NCBI GenBank assembly: GCA_018263575.1
Contig: JAANWX010000002.1
Location: 7,552-71,551 of the forward strand
DNA length: 64,000 bases
Direction of reading: 5' to 3'
Origin: Chloroflexota bacterium
Lineage (GTDB): Bacteria > Chloroflexota > Anaerolineae > Anaerolineales > UBA11858
Made by a program: the position numbers and the translations under genes. The notes beneath the pieces were generated by a model. That model saw nothing but the letters and a program-made list of their open reading frames with translations. It was not told where the DNA came from and ran no database searches. Positions 46,386 to 55,437 of this stretch are shown piece after piece; the first letter of the stretch is position 1, and the number at the start of each line of letters is the position of its first letter.

Positions 46386-46430
46386 GCTCTGAAACCTCGG
46401 AGGTCTCCGAGACCTCCGAGGTTTCAGAGC
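46386..46430. repeat. Perfect 45-nt palindrome (22-bp arms) built from ACCTC-N-GAGGT units
   Basis: gctctgaaacctcggaggtctc-c-gagacctccgaggtttcagagc. Confidence 0.9.
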
Positions 46431-46581
46431 CGAAGATCCGCCAACAACATTTGCGCACACACCTCTCCATTTGAATTTTATAGGTACAGTATACCATCAT
46501 CTTTAATTCTAAAAAAAATCCGTCCAATAAGTTAATATGAGATTTGTGGGAAGTAGTTGCACCCTTTTTCGTCGCTTCCCC

Positions 46582-46765
46582 TTGACACGAACTCCGTAAG
46601 GACTTAAAATCCGGCTCAATATGTGTAATCACAACGCTGTCCGCTTTTTTAACGACTATTATTTTACGGCTTCCAAATCGAGGATGCCGTTGGTGGTGCT
46701 TAAGTAGACAAACGTTGGAATACCTGTCGAACTGAGAAGCGAGGCCAAACGGCCTCGCTTTTTTT
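46582..46765 (+). promoter_or_regulatory. aro operon promoter plus a leader with an intrinsic terminator (attenuator)
   Basis: TTGACA (46582..46587), a 17-nt spacer, TAAAAT (46605..46610). The terminator aagcgaggcc-aaac-ggcctcgctt (about 46737..46760) is followed by ttttttgtttt and ends 20 nt before the aroH RBS gaggagg. Confidence 0.65.
46621..46707 (+). CDS. Candidate 28-aa Phe/Tyr-rich leader peptide (MCNHNAVRFFNDYYFTASKSRMPLVVLK)
   Basis: The ATG lies 10 nt after the -10 box. Codons TTT TTT AAC GAC TAT TAT TTT occupy 46645..46665, immediately followed by the hairpin acggcttcc-N7-ggatgccgt. Confidence 0.45.
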   Translation: MCNHNAVRFFNDYYFTASKSRMPLVVLK

Positions 46766-46784
46766 GTTTTCTGAGGAGGTTATT

Positions 46785-47156
46785 ATGCCAGTAAGAGGAA
46801 TTCGCGGCGCAACCGTTGCCAGCGCAAACCAATCGGAAGCCATCCTGCTTGCCACGCGGGAGCTTCTGGATGCCATCCTGGTTGCTAACCCGGAACTGAA
46901 ACCCGAGGATGTTGCCAGCGTGTTGTTCACCGTCACTGAGGACCTGACCGCCACTTATCCCGCCAAAGCTGCCCGCCAGTTCGGGTGGACGGAAATTCCT
47001 TTGATGTGCGCGCGTGAAATCCCCGTTGCCGAGAGCCCACCGTTTTGCATACGGGTTTTGCTCCACTGGAATACACATTTGCCCCAATCCGTTATCTACC
47101 ATGTTTATCTGGGAGAAACTGCCCGATTACGCCCAGATCTAAAACAGGTGGTGTAA
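46785..47156 (+). CDS. aroH: Chorismate mutase, AroH class
   Basis: MPVRGIRGATVASANQSEAILLATRELL.. with RBS gaggagg. I prefer ATG 46785 over the track start at 46764. Confidence 0.9.
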   Translation: MPVRGIRGATVASANQSEAILLATRELLDAILVANPELKPEDVASVLFTVTEDLTATYPAKAARQFGWTEIPLMCAREIPVAESPPFCIRVLLHWNTHLPQSVIYHVYLGETARLRPDLKQVV

Positions 47157-47275
47157 AGATCGAGCCGGAACCGTGTTCCGGTGGCGCCTGCAATGATATC
47201 CGGCGGAACACCGGAGGTGTGCAAAGCCGTGTTTCCGCAACGTTTATAAAAAAATTAAGATGAGGAGAAAAAACC

Positions 47276-48319
47276 ATGATGATCATAATGCGCACGGAAG
47301 CAACCCAATCACAAATTGCCTCTGTCGTCGCCCGCATTGAGAAACAGGGCCTGCGAGCGCACATCTCTCACGGCGCCGAACGCACCGCCATTGGCGCCAT
47401 TGGAGATGGGCGGCTCATTAACAGAGATACTTATATCCTCCTACCTGGGGTAGACCGCGTTGTCTCGATTTCGCGACCGTATAAGCTGGCCTCGCGGGAA
47501 TTTTGTCCCGAAGACTCGGGCTTTCCGGTGGATGGCGTGCATGTCAGGCCCGGTCAGGTGCTGTTGATCGCCGGTCCATGCGCCGTCGAGAGTCGTAGCC
47601 AGATGTTGGAAGTAGCCCAGGCCGTACACGAAGCTGGCGCCCACGCCCTGCGGGGAGGGGCTTATAAACCGCGCACTTCCCCTTATTCTTTCCAGGGACT
47701 GGGCAAAGAAGGCCTGGAGATCCTGGCCGAAGCCCGCGAACTGACCGGTTTGCCCGTCATCACCGAAGTCATGGCCCCTGAGAAGGTATCCCTTGTGGCT
47801 GAATACGCCGATGTCTTGCAAATTGGGGCCAGAAATATGCAAAACTATGCCCTCTTACGCGCTGTGGGAGAAAGCCATCAACCCGTACTCCTGAAACGCG
47901 GCATGAGCGCCACCATCAAAGACCTGTTGATGGCCGCTGAATATATCCTTTCCCATGACAATGAGCGGGTGATGCTCTGTGAGCGCGGCATCCGCACCTT
48001 CGAAACCGCCACCCGGAATACGACCGACATCAACGCCATTCCGGTGCTCAAGTCACTCACCCACCTGCCAGTCATTCTCGACCCCAGCCACAGCACGGGA
48101 CACTGGGAGTTCGTCAGTGCGGTGGCGCGAGCTGGAATCGCGGCCGGGGCCGATGGCCTGATGGTCGAAGTACATCCCCACCCCGAAGAAGCCCTTTCGG
48201 ACGGCGGGCAATCCCTCAGGCCGAAGCGCTTCGCCGAACTTGTAGAGGAGGTCAAATCGATAGCCGAAGCCATGGGACGCAAGGTGCCTCCCCAACCTGT
48301 CCCAAAGCTCGAAGACTAA
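47276..48319 (+). CDS. 3-deoxy-7-phosphoheptulonate (DAHP) synthase, type I-beta with an N-terminal ferredoxin-like regulatory domain
   Basis: The N-terminus [32 protein letters not shown] resembles the Thermotoga-type FL domain. The catalytic core has [16 protein letters not shown] and ..DPSHSTG... Confidence 0.9.
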   Translation: MMIIMRTEATQSQIASVVARIEKQGLRAHISHGAERTAIGAIGDGRLINRDTYILLPGVDRVVSISRPYKLASREFCPEDSGFPVDGVHVRPGQVLLIAGPCAVESRSQMLEVAQAVHEAGAHALRGGAYKPRTSPYSFQGLGKEGLEILAEARELTGLPVITEVMAPEKVSLVAEYADVLQIGARNMQNYALLRAVGESHQPVLLKRGMSATIKDLLMAAEYILSHDNERVMLCERGIRTFETATRNTTDINAIPVLKSLTHLPVILDPSHSTGHWEFVSAVARAGIAAGADGLMVEVHPHPEEALSDGGQSLRPKRFAELVEEVKSIAEAMGRKVPPQPVPKLED

Positions 48320-48328
48320 GAGGCCCAC

Positions 48329-49183
48329 ATGGAAGATCCCCATTTTTTTACCAACACCAAGATAGCCATCGTTGGGCTTGGCCTGATGGGCGGATCGCTG
48401 GCCCTGGACCTGCGCGGCCGCTGCCAGACTCTTCTGGCCGTAGACCCTGACCCGGCCACGAGGGCACGATCCCTGGAAAACAAAATTGTCGATCAAGTTT
48501 CCGGCGATCCAGCCGAAATCTTGCCCCAGGCGGATCTTATCCTCTTGGCCGCGCCGGTGGGCGTGATCCTGGAATTCATCCCCCGCCTCCCGGAGCTTGT
48601 CCCCCAGTCAGTTGTTGTCCTGGATATCGGTTCCACGAAAGTGCAGATATGCCAGGCTCTCGATGACCTGCCCCCGCGTTTCGAACCCATCGGCGGACAT
48701 CCCATGTGCGGGAAGGCTGTGAACGGCCTTTCTCACGCCGAAGCGGGCCTCTTTCAGGGTGCACCTTTTGCTTTCACCCCCCTCTCCCGCACCACGGAGC
48801 GCGCCCGGGAGACCGCCGACCAACTTGCCTATGCCCTCCACGCCCGCCCACTCTGGGTTGGCCCCAACACGCACGATAGCTGGGTGGCGGCCACCAGTCA
48901 TCTTCCTCATATCCTGGCCACAGCCCTGGTCTTAAGCACGGAGGCCGAAGCCTCGCACCTCGTCGGGCCTGGGTTTCGCAGCACCTCCCGCCTGGCAGGC
49001 AGCCCCTCCTCGGTTACCCTGCCCATCATGGAAACCAATCGCTCCCATATCCTCGAAGCCATTGAGCGGTTTCGCCTCCATTTGGATGCGTTGGAGGATT
49101 GCTTGACCCGAGGCGATTATCCTGCCCTGAAAGATTATCTCGACACCGGCGCGGCTAACAGGAGTCTACTCACTGGAATTTAA
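48329..49183 (+). CDS. tyrA: Prephenate (or arogenate) dehydrogenase
   Basis: NAD-binding IAIVGLGLMGGSLAL, ..GGHPMCGK.., and operon context. Confidence 0.85.
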   Translation: MEDPHFFTNTKIAIVGLGLMGGSLALDLRGRCQTLLAVDPDPATRARSLENKIVDQVSGDPAEILPQADLILLAAPVGVILEFIPRLPELVPQSVVVLDIGSTKVQICQALDDLPPRFEPIGGHPMCGKAVNGLSHAEAGLFQGAPFAFTPLSRTTERARETADQLAYALHARPLWVGPNTHDSWVAATSHLPHILATALVLSTEAEASHLVGPGFRSTSRLAGSPSSVTLPIMETNRSHILEAIERFRLHLDALEDCLTRGDYPALKDYLDTGAANRSLLTGI

Positions 49184-49185
49184 GA

Positions 49186-50358
49186 ATGAAGTCTCAAACA
49201 ATAGCATCCCCCGCCAGTCCAATTGACAAACTAACCCCTAATTTCTTCGCCACGCTGAATGATAAGATTTTTGCCTTAGAATCAGCCGGCGCGGAAGTTA
49301 TCCGTCTCGATATTGGCTCGCCAGACCTTCCCCCGGCACCTCATATCGTCAAAGCGCTCACCCGGGCAGCGTCCCAGCCAGGAAAGCACGGATACCAATC
49401 TCACCGGGGCACAGCCGCGCTCAGGGAGGGGTGGGGGGAAATGTACCAAAGTGTCCATGGAGTTTCTTTAGACCCCGAAACAGAAATCCTGCCCCTGCTT
49501 GGCTCCAAAGAGGGCGTGTTCCATCTCTCTTTAGCGCTCCTCAATCCGGGTGATATTGTGCTCATCCCGGACCCTGGTTATCAGACCTATGCCCAAGGCG
49601 CTTTGCTCGCCGGAGCTGAACCCGTTCCTCTCCCCCTCCTCCCCCAAAATAACTATCTCCCCGATTTAGAATCTATTCCGGAGGATGTTGCTCAACGCGC
49701 CAAACTCCTCTGGCTTAACTATCCCCATAACCCCACCGCTGCCACCGCCTCCCTGGATTTCTTCGCTGAAGCTGTGGATTTCTGCCGCCGCTTGGACATT
49801 CTGCTCTGCCATGACGCTCCCTACGCCCAGATCACTTTCGATGGTTATCAGGCCCCCAGCGTGCTCCAGGTGCCCGGCGCGGGCGAGGTCGCCATAGAGT
49901 TCAACACCCTCTCGAAGTCTCACAATATGGCCGGCTGGCGCAGCGGGGTGGTGGTGGGGCAACCCCAAGCTTTATGCGCGCTGCTCAAGCTCAAATCCCA
50001 CGCTGACAGCGGCCATTTCCTGCCCATCCTCGAAGCATCAACCGCCGCCCTGACCGGGGATCAATCCTGGTTGGTCGAGCGGAACGCAATTTATCAGGAA
50101 CGGCGGGATGTGGTAGTGACTGCTCTGGGGGAGATGGGACACGCTCCCCGGGTCCCAAAGGCTTCTTTGTATGTGTGGTTCCCCGTGCTCAATGACCTGC
50201 CCTCAGAAGATTTTGTTCTGCGACTTTTAGAAGAGGCTCATCTTTCTCTGGCCCCTGGGACAATTTTTGGGCCGCGTGGGGAAGGCTATGTGCGTCTCTC
50301 ACTGACACAACCCATAGAAAAAATTACCGAAGCCATGGAGAGAATGCAAGCCTTGTAA
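49186..50358 (+). CDS. PLP-dependent aminotransferase class I (aspartate/aromatic/LL-DAP aminotransferase-like)
   Basis: NYPHNPT and the PLP-lysine segment FNTLSKSHNMAGWRSG. The start lies 2 nt after the tyrA stop. Confidence 0.8.
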   Translation: MKSQTIASPASPIDKLTPNFFATLNDKIFALESAGAEVIRLDIGSPDLPPAPHIVKALTRAASQPGKHGYQSHRGTAALREGWGEMYQSVHGVSLDPETEILPLLGSKEGVFHLSLALLNPGDIVLIPDPGYQTYAQGALLAGAEPVPLPLLPQNNYLPDLESIPEDVAQRAKLLWLNYPHNPTAATASLDFFAEAVDFCRRLDILLCHDAPYAQITFDGYQAPSVLQVPGAGEVAIEFNTLSKSHNMAGWRSGVVVGQPQALCALLKLKSHADSGHFLPILEASTAALTGDQSWLVERNAIYQERRDVVVTALGEMGHAPRVPKASLYVWFPVLNDLPSEDFVLRLLEEAHLSLAPGTIFGPRGEGYVRLSLTQPIEKITEAMERMQAL

Positions 50359-50380
50359 TCATTCAGTCCCTGCCCTCACC

Positions 50381-51292
50381 CTAGCCCTCGCTCTGCGTGC
50401 CCGCTGGGCATCCCTCAGGAGAGGGGACAGCCTCCTCTTCATGAACCGCGCCGCTCTCCTCAACATAATGACGAGGGTACGAGCCTAAGACTTTCATGAA
50501 TGTGACTAACTCGCCTAAATGGTCCAAGGCACGCGCGCAATTGGTTGCCCCCTGGTGGCCTTTGAAATCGACATAAAACATATACTCCCAGGGCTTCCCA
50601 GCGATGGGACGGGATTCAATTTTTGTCAGGTCGATGTCGCGTAAAGCAAACACACTCAGGGCCTTGAATAAAATCCCCGGTTCATTTTTCAGGCTGAAGA
50701 CAACTGAGGTTTTATAATCCCCTTCCTCGGGATCTTCCACAGCCAGGGGGTCTTTGGCTATTGCTAAAAACCGAGTGTAATTGGCCGGATTATCTTCCAG
50801 TTTCTCGATGAGAATTTCTAAGCCGTACACTTCTGCGGCTCGCTTGGAGGCAATTGCCGCCGTCGCGGAGTTGGCCTTGGCCTCCACGAATCGCGCGCTC
50901 CCGGCCGTATCCGTCTCGGCAATGCCGTGAATGCCTAATTCCGCCAAGCTGCCCTCACATTGCTGCAATGCCTGGGGATGCGAATGCACAACGCGAATAT
51001 CTTCCACGCTAACACCGGTAAGCCCCAACAGACAATGGCTGACTTTCATGTGATATTCCCCCACAAGAAAAACGTCATTGTGCAAAATCAGGTCATAACT
51101 ACGGTGAATGCTCCCCGTCAGTGAATTCTCGAAAGGCAGCAAGCCGTGGCTACATTCCCCGCTGCTGACAGCCTCGAATGTGCGCTCGAAGCTGTCACAT
51201 GGCAAAGTGCTGATCTCATCCCCAAAATGCTTGAAAGCGGCCAACTCGCTATAGGCCCCAGGTTCTCCTTGGAAAGCAATTATTTTTTTCAT
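50381..51292 (-). CDS. pheA: Prephenate dehydratase (PDT plus ACT domain)
   Basis: The start is moved to MKKIIAFQGEPGAYSE (ATG 51292). NYTRFLAI and an ACT domain are present. The C-terminal tail ..AVPSPEGCPAGTQSEG is repeat-encoded. Confidence 0.9.
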   Translation of the reverse strand: MKKIIAFQGEPGAYSELAAFKHFGDEISTLPCDSFERTFEAVSSGECSHGLLPFENSLTGSIHRSYDLILHNDVFLVGEYHMKVSHCLLGLTGVSVEDIRVVHSHPQALQQCEGSLAELGIHGIAETDTAGSARFVEAKANSATAAIASKRAAEVYGLEILIEKLEDNPANYTRFLAIAKDPLAVEDPEEGDYKTSVVFSLKNEPGILFKALSVFALRDIDLTKIESRPIAGKPWEYMFYVDFKGHQGATNCARALDHLGELVTFMKVLGSYPRHYVEESGAVHEEEAVPSPEGCPAGTQSEG

Positions 51293-51438
51293 AAGTTTTC
51301 TGCCCTCATCCCGATCGGCGAAGCGTCTCCCGACCGAGCCAGGGACCCGACCGGAGGTCTCCAATCCTCTGCCCTCACCCTAGCCCTCTCCCAGGGGGAG
51401 AGGGGACCCATCCCCTCATCACCTCGTTACCTCACCCC

Positions 51439-52353
51439 TCATCCCTCAACATACTCCAACCACTCCTCCGAGCGTTCCCCCCCACCCTTGACGGTTTGGA
51501 AAAAGGCCGTTTGCAGGGCTTCTGCCACCGGGCCACGCCGCCCGGCCCCAATCTGGCGGTGGTCGATGGTGCTTACGGGGGTGACTTCGGCCGCTGTCCC
51601 GCATACAAAGACCTCATCGGCAATGTAGAGCTGATCACGCGAGATGGGTTCTTCCACGACCGGGTAGCCCAGGTCATTCGCCAGGGTGAGAACGGAGTCA
51701 CGGGTGATGCCTTCTAAAATTGTCGCTCGCGGCGGGGTGTAGATCACGCCATCCCGCACCAGGAAGAGATTCTCCCCGCTGCATTCGGCCACGTAACCGG
51801 TCGGATCGAGCATGATGGCCTCGTCATAACCGGAACGCACGGCCAGGGTCTTGGCCAGCACCGAGTTGGCGTAATTCCCCGTGATTTTGGCCTTGGTCAT
51901 GGAGACGTTGATGTGGTGGCGGGTGAAGGAGGACACGGTCATGTGCACCCCATTTTCCAGGCCCTCATCGCCCAGGTAGGCGCCCCATTCCCAGGTCGAG
52001 ATGCTCACATGCGGGGTGTTGGCGTCCAGGTTGAGGGTGAAGGAACCGTCAAAATATAACAAGGGACGGATGTAGCAACCCTTGAAGCCATTGGCGCTAA
52101 TCGTCTCGTGGGAGGCCTTGCGCAAGTCTTCCACCGAATAGGGAAATTCCTGTACCCCTAGCACCTGGGCCGAGTCGACAAAGCGCTCTAAGTGCTCCCT
52201 GAGTCGAAAAACCGCCCCTCCTTGCGGCGTGTCATAAGCGCGAATCCCCTCAAAGGCCCCGTACCCGTAGTGCAGGGAAGGCGTGTTCACATGAATCTGG
52301 GCCTCTTCGTAAGGGACAAGTTCCCCGTCCATCCAAACATAATCTGATTTCAT
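51439..52353 (-). CDS. ilvE: Branched-chain amino acid aminotransferase
   Basis: Fold-type IV pattern (..GAFEGIRAY.., ..GITRDSV..). I prefer ATG 52353 (RBS aggag 8 nt upstream) over 52374, which lies inside the repeat array. Confidence 0.9.
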   Translation of the reverse strand: MKSDYVWMDGELVPYEEAQIHVNTPSLHYGYGAFEGIRAYDTPQGGAVFRLREHLERFVDSAQVLGVQEFPYSVEDLRKASHETISANGFKGCYIRPLLYFDGSFTLNLDANTPHVSISTWEWGAYLGDEGLENGVHMTVSSFTRHHINVSMTKAKITGNYANSVLAKTLAVRSGYDEAIMLDPTGYVAECSGENLFLVRDGVIYTPPRATILEGITRDSVLTLANDLGYPVVEEPISRDQLYIADEVFVCGTAAEVTPVSTIDHRQIGAGRRGPVAEALQTAFFQTVKGGGERSEEWLEYVEG

Positions 52354-52380
52354 TAAATTTCTCCTATCACTCATTACTCG

Positions 52381-53478
52381 TTACTCATCACTCATCCCCC
52401 GTACAATTTCCTTCGTCATCTCCGCCGTGTTGAGCGCGGATTCCCCTGGGGTGGCGAGGTCACCGGTGCGGCACCCGGCCTTCAGCGTCTCCCCGACGGC
52501 GGATTCCACGGCCCTGGCCTCCTGCTCCAATCCCAGAGAGTGGCGCAACAACATGGCCACGGAGAGAATGGTTCCGATGGGATTGGCGATTCTCTTCCCG
52601 GCGATGTCCGGCGCCGAACCGTGAATAGGCTCATACATGCCGCGTGGGTTTCCGTGCCGGTTCCGGGATTCTCCCAGGGAGGCGGACGGCAAATTGCCCA
52701 TCGACCCTGTCAGCACCGAGGCCTCGTCGGTGAGGATATCCCCAAACATGTTGGTCGTTACCATAACGTCGAAAGTGGCCGGGCGGGTGATCAGGTGCAT
52801 GGTGGCGGCGTCCACGAGCAGGGTCTCGAACTCGATTTGGGGATATTCCTCGGCTACCTGGGTGACCGTCTGCCGCCACAGCCGCGAGGTTTCCAGGACG
52901 TTGGCCTTATCCACCGAGGTAACTTTTCCGCGCCGCTCCCCGGCCAGTTGAAAGGCCAGGTGGGCGATGCGGCGCACTTCACTCTCAGTGTAGGCCATCG
53001 TGTCCACCGCTTGGGTTTCACCGTTGACCTGGCGGCGCTCCCTCGGCCGGCCAAAGTAAATCCCCCCCGTCAGCTCGCGCACGACCAACAAATCCACCTC
53101 GGGGAGCAAATCCGGGCGCAAGGGGGAGGCCGAGAGCAACTCCGCGTGGGGCTTAACCGGGCGCAAATTGGCAAAAAGCTCCAGCCCTTTGCGCAGCCCC
53201 AGCAGGCCCTGTTCCGGGCGGACGGGAGCGGTGGGATCATCCCACTTGGGACCGCCCACGGCGCCCAACAGGATGGCATCCGCCTGGCGGCAAGCGGCCA
53301 ACGTCTCTTCGGGGAGCGGGTCTCCCTCCGCGTCAATGGCCGCCCCGCCGACAAGATGGGTCTCCATTTTAAAAGTATGATCAAAAATATCTGCTACAGC
53401 TTCTAAAACTTCTTGCCCGGCGGCGACAACTTCGCTTCCGATGCCGTCTCCGGGGAGTAATATGATGGTTGGGTTCAT
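52381..53478 (-). CDS. leuB: 3-isopropylmalate dehydrogenase
   Basis: [12 protein letters not shown] and [12 protein letters not shown] motifs. There is no SD upstream, because the octamer array abuts the ATG. Confidence 0.95.
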   Translation of the reverse strand: MNPTIILLPGDGIGSEVVAAGQEVLEAVADIFDHTFKMETHLVGGAAIDAEGDPLPEETLAACRQADAILLGAVGGPKWDDPTAPVRPEQGLLGLRKGLELFANLRPVKPHAELLSASPLRPDLLPEVDLLVVRELTGGIYFGRPRERRQVNGETQAVDTMAYTESEVRRIAHLAFQLAGERRGKVTSVDKANVLETSRLWRQTVTQVAEEYPQIEFETLLVDAATMHLITRPATFDVMVTTNMFGDILTDEASVLTGSMGNLPSASLGESRNRHGNPRGMYEPIHGSAPDIAGKRIANPIGTILSVAMLLRHSLGLEQEARAVESAVGETLKAGCRTGDLATPGESALNTAEMTKEIVRGMSDE

Positions 53479-53580
53479 AGTCTTTAGTCTGGTAGTCTGG
53501 TAGTCTTTAGTCTGGTAGTCTCGTAGTCTGGTAGTCTGTAGTCTTTAGTCTGGTAGTCCGGTAGTCTCCTAGTCACTAGT
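53479..53580. repeat. Octamer tandem array (CTGGTAGT/CTTTAGT)n abutting the leuB start
   Basis: agtctttagtctggtagtctggtagtctttagtctggtagtctcgtagtctggtagtctgtagtctttagtctggtagtccggtagtctcctagtcactagt. This is the reverse complement of the 42840..42906 array type. Confidence 0.9.
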
Positions 53581-53732
53581 ATATGGCGGTGTAAATTCAT
53601 TGAAGGTTAATATTTGCGCTCAAGGTGCGTTGCACTCCTGTTTTCACGGTGTGCACCCATGGTGGGGAGTGCATTGCACCTGGGAACCCCCAAAGGATTT
53701 CCGCTGAGTCGTACTAGTCCCTCAATCCCTAG

Positions 53733-55340
53733 TCACTGATTCCTGCTTCCCTGTTCCCTGTTCCCTGTTCCCTGTTCCCTGTTTCCCTGCTCCTTAAGCA
53801 ACGCATGCTCCATACTATCGGCCAAGGCGCGCCAACTGGCTTCGATGATGTTCGTGCTGGCCCCGACTGTGCTCCAGCGATCCTTGCCGTTTTTGGTATC
53901 GATCAACACGCGCACATTGGCGGCCGTGCCGCTTTCGCTGTCCAAAATGCGCACTTTGTAGTCATCCAGCCGAATCTCCTTCAGGCGCGGGTACACGTCC
54001 ACCAGGGCCTTGCGCAGGGCCGCGTCCAGGGCATTGACCGGGCCATTACCCTCCGCCGCTGTGTGAAATACGCGATCGCCAATACGCACCTTGACCGTGG
54101 CCTCGGCAAATACCCCGCGACCCTGGCGGTGCTCCACCACGACCATAAAATCGATTAGCTCGAAAGGTTTTTGGTAATGGGGTTGATTGCGACGCACCAT
54201 CAAATTAACGGAGGCTTCTGCGCTCTCGAATGTAAATCCCTGCGCCTCCAACTCTTTGATCTCTTTCACCACCGCCCGCGCTTGTTCCCGGTTCACGTCC
54301 AGCCCAAATTCGTGGGCCTTGTCGATCACGTTCCCGCGCCCGGAAAGTTCCGAAACCAGGGTGCGCCGGTGATTGCCCACCAGGGCGGGATCAATGTGCT
54401 GGTAAGCGTCTTCGTTCTTGAGCACCGCCGCCACATGAATGCCCCCCTTATGCGCGAAGGCTTTTTTCCCCACAAAGGGCAGGTAGGGATTGGGCGTCTG
54501 GTTGGCAACTTCGTCCACATAATACGAGAGATCGGCCAGCCCGGCCAGGTTTTCTGGGGGGATGCAGGGGAGGCCCATCTTCAATTGCAGGTTGGGGATG
54601 ATGGTGCACAGATTGGCGTTGCCCACCCGTTCCCCGTACCCGTTGACCGTCCCCTGGACGTGAACTGCCCCGGCGTGGACGGCCGCCAGCGTGTTCGCCG
54701 TCCCGTTGCCCCCATCGTTGTGGGCGTGAACCCCCAGGGGAGTGTCGAGTTCCTGGCCGACTTGGCCGGTGATCTCCCCAATCTCCCAGGGCAGCGACCC
54801 GCCGTTGGTATCGCAAAGCACCAAGACATCCGCCCCGGCCTCAGCCGCGGCCCGGAGCGTGCCCAGCGCGTAATCGGGATTGGCCTTATAACCGTCGAAG
54901 AAATGTTCCGCGTCGTAGACGACTTCTTTGCCATGGGCCTGCATGTAGGCCACGCTCTCTTCGATCATGGCCAAATTTTCTTCCGGGGTTGTTTCCAGCA
55001 CATCGTGGACGTGCAGTTCCCAGCTTTTCCCAACCAGGGTGACCACAGGCGTCCCCGCCGCGAGCAAGGCCTGGAGATTAGCGTCGTCTTCCGGGAGAGT
55101 GTCCTTCCGTCGCGTGGACCCAAAAGCGGCAATTTGGGCGTTTTCCAGGTCCAGGGAGCGGGCGCGTTCGAAGAACTCAGCATCCTTGGGGTTGGAACCC
55201 GGCCATCCCCCCTCGATGGTGTCGATGCCAAACTGGTCCAGACGCCGGGCAATCTTCAACTTATCGTTCACAGAAAGCGAGATACCCTCGCTCTGTGTAC
55301 CGTCTCGGAGGGTGGTGTCGTAGATAGAAATGTTAGACAT
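53733..55340 (-). CDS. cimA: (R)-citramalate synthase (LeuA-family, CimA-type)
   Basis: MSNISIYDTTLRDGTQSEGISLSVNDKLKIARRLDQFGIDTIEGGWPGSNPKD, at about 535 aa with a C-terminal LeuA_dimer-like domain. The tail EQGNREQGTGNREQGSRNQ is encoded by the (CCCTGTT)5 array at 53749..53783. Confidence 0.85.
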   Translation of the reverse strand: MSNISIYDTTLRDGTQSEGISLSVNDKLKIARRLDQFGIDTIEGGWPGSNPKDAEFFERARSLDLENAQIAAFGSTRRKDTLPEDDANLQALLAAGTPVVTLVGKSWELHVHDVLETTPEENLAMIEESVAYMQAHGKEVVYDAEHFFDGYKANPDYALGTLRAAAEAGADVLVLCDTNGGSLPWEIGEITGQVGQELDTPLGVHAHNDGGNGTANTLAAVHAGAVHVQGTVNGYGERVGNANLCTIIPNLQLKMGLPCIPPENLAGLADLSYYVDEVANQTPNPYLPFVGKKAFAHKGGIHVAAVLKNEDAYQHIDPALVGNHRRTLVSELSGRGNVIDKAHEFGLDVNREQARAVVKEIKELEAQGFTFESAEASVNLMVRRNQPHYQKPFELIDFMVVVEHRQGRGVFAEATVKVRIGDRVFHTAAEGNGPVNALDAALRKALVDVYPRLKEIRLDDYKVRILDSESGTAANVRVLIDTKNGKDRWSTVGASTNIIEASWRALADSMEHALLKEQGNREQGTGNREQGSRNQ

Positions 55341-55350
55341 GGAGTTCTCC

Positions 55351-55437
55351 TGGTGGGTTGGTGGACTGGTAAATTGGTGGATTGGTCTAATCGGTGGACT
55401 GGTAAATTGGTGGATCGGTATATTGGTCTAATTGGTC
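55351..55437. repeat. Degenerate octamer array (TTGGTGGA/CTGGTAAA)n upstream of cimA
   Basis: tggtgggttggtggactggtaaattggtggattggtctaatcggtggactggtaaattggtggatcggtatattggtctaattggtc. Confidence 0.9.

Noticed and set aside
46617-46780. T-box riboswitch upstream of aroH; PyrR-binding attenuator upstream of pyrC (16100..16195)
   Set aside because: The aro leader has only GGTGGTGC. It lacks the conserved T-box AAnnnGGGTGGTACCGCG context and the specifier-loop architecture, and at about 165 nt it is too short. The pyr leader matches the PyrR loop consensus only weakly, and no pyrR gene is in the operon. Leader-peptide models fit both better.
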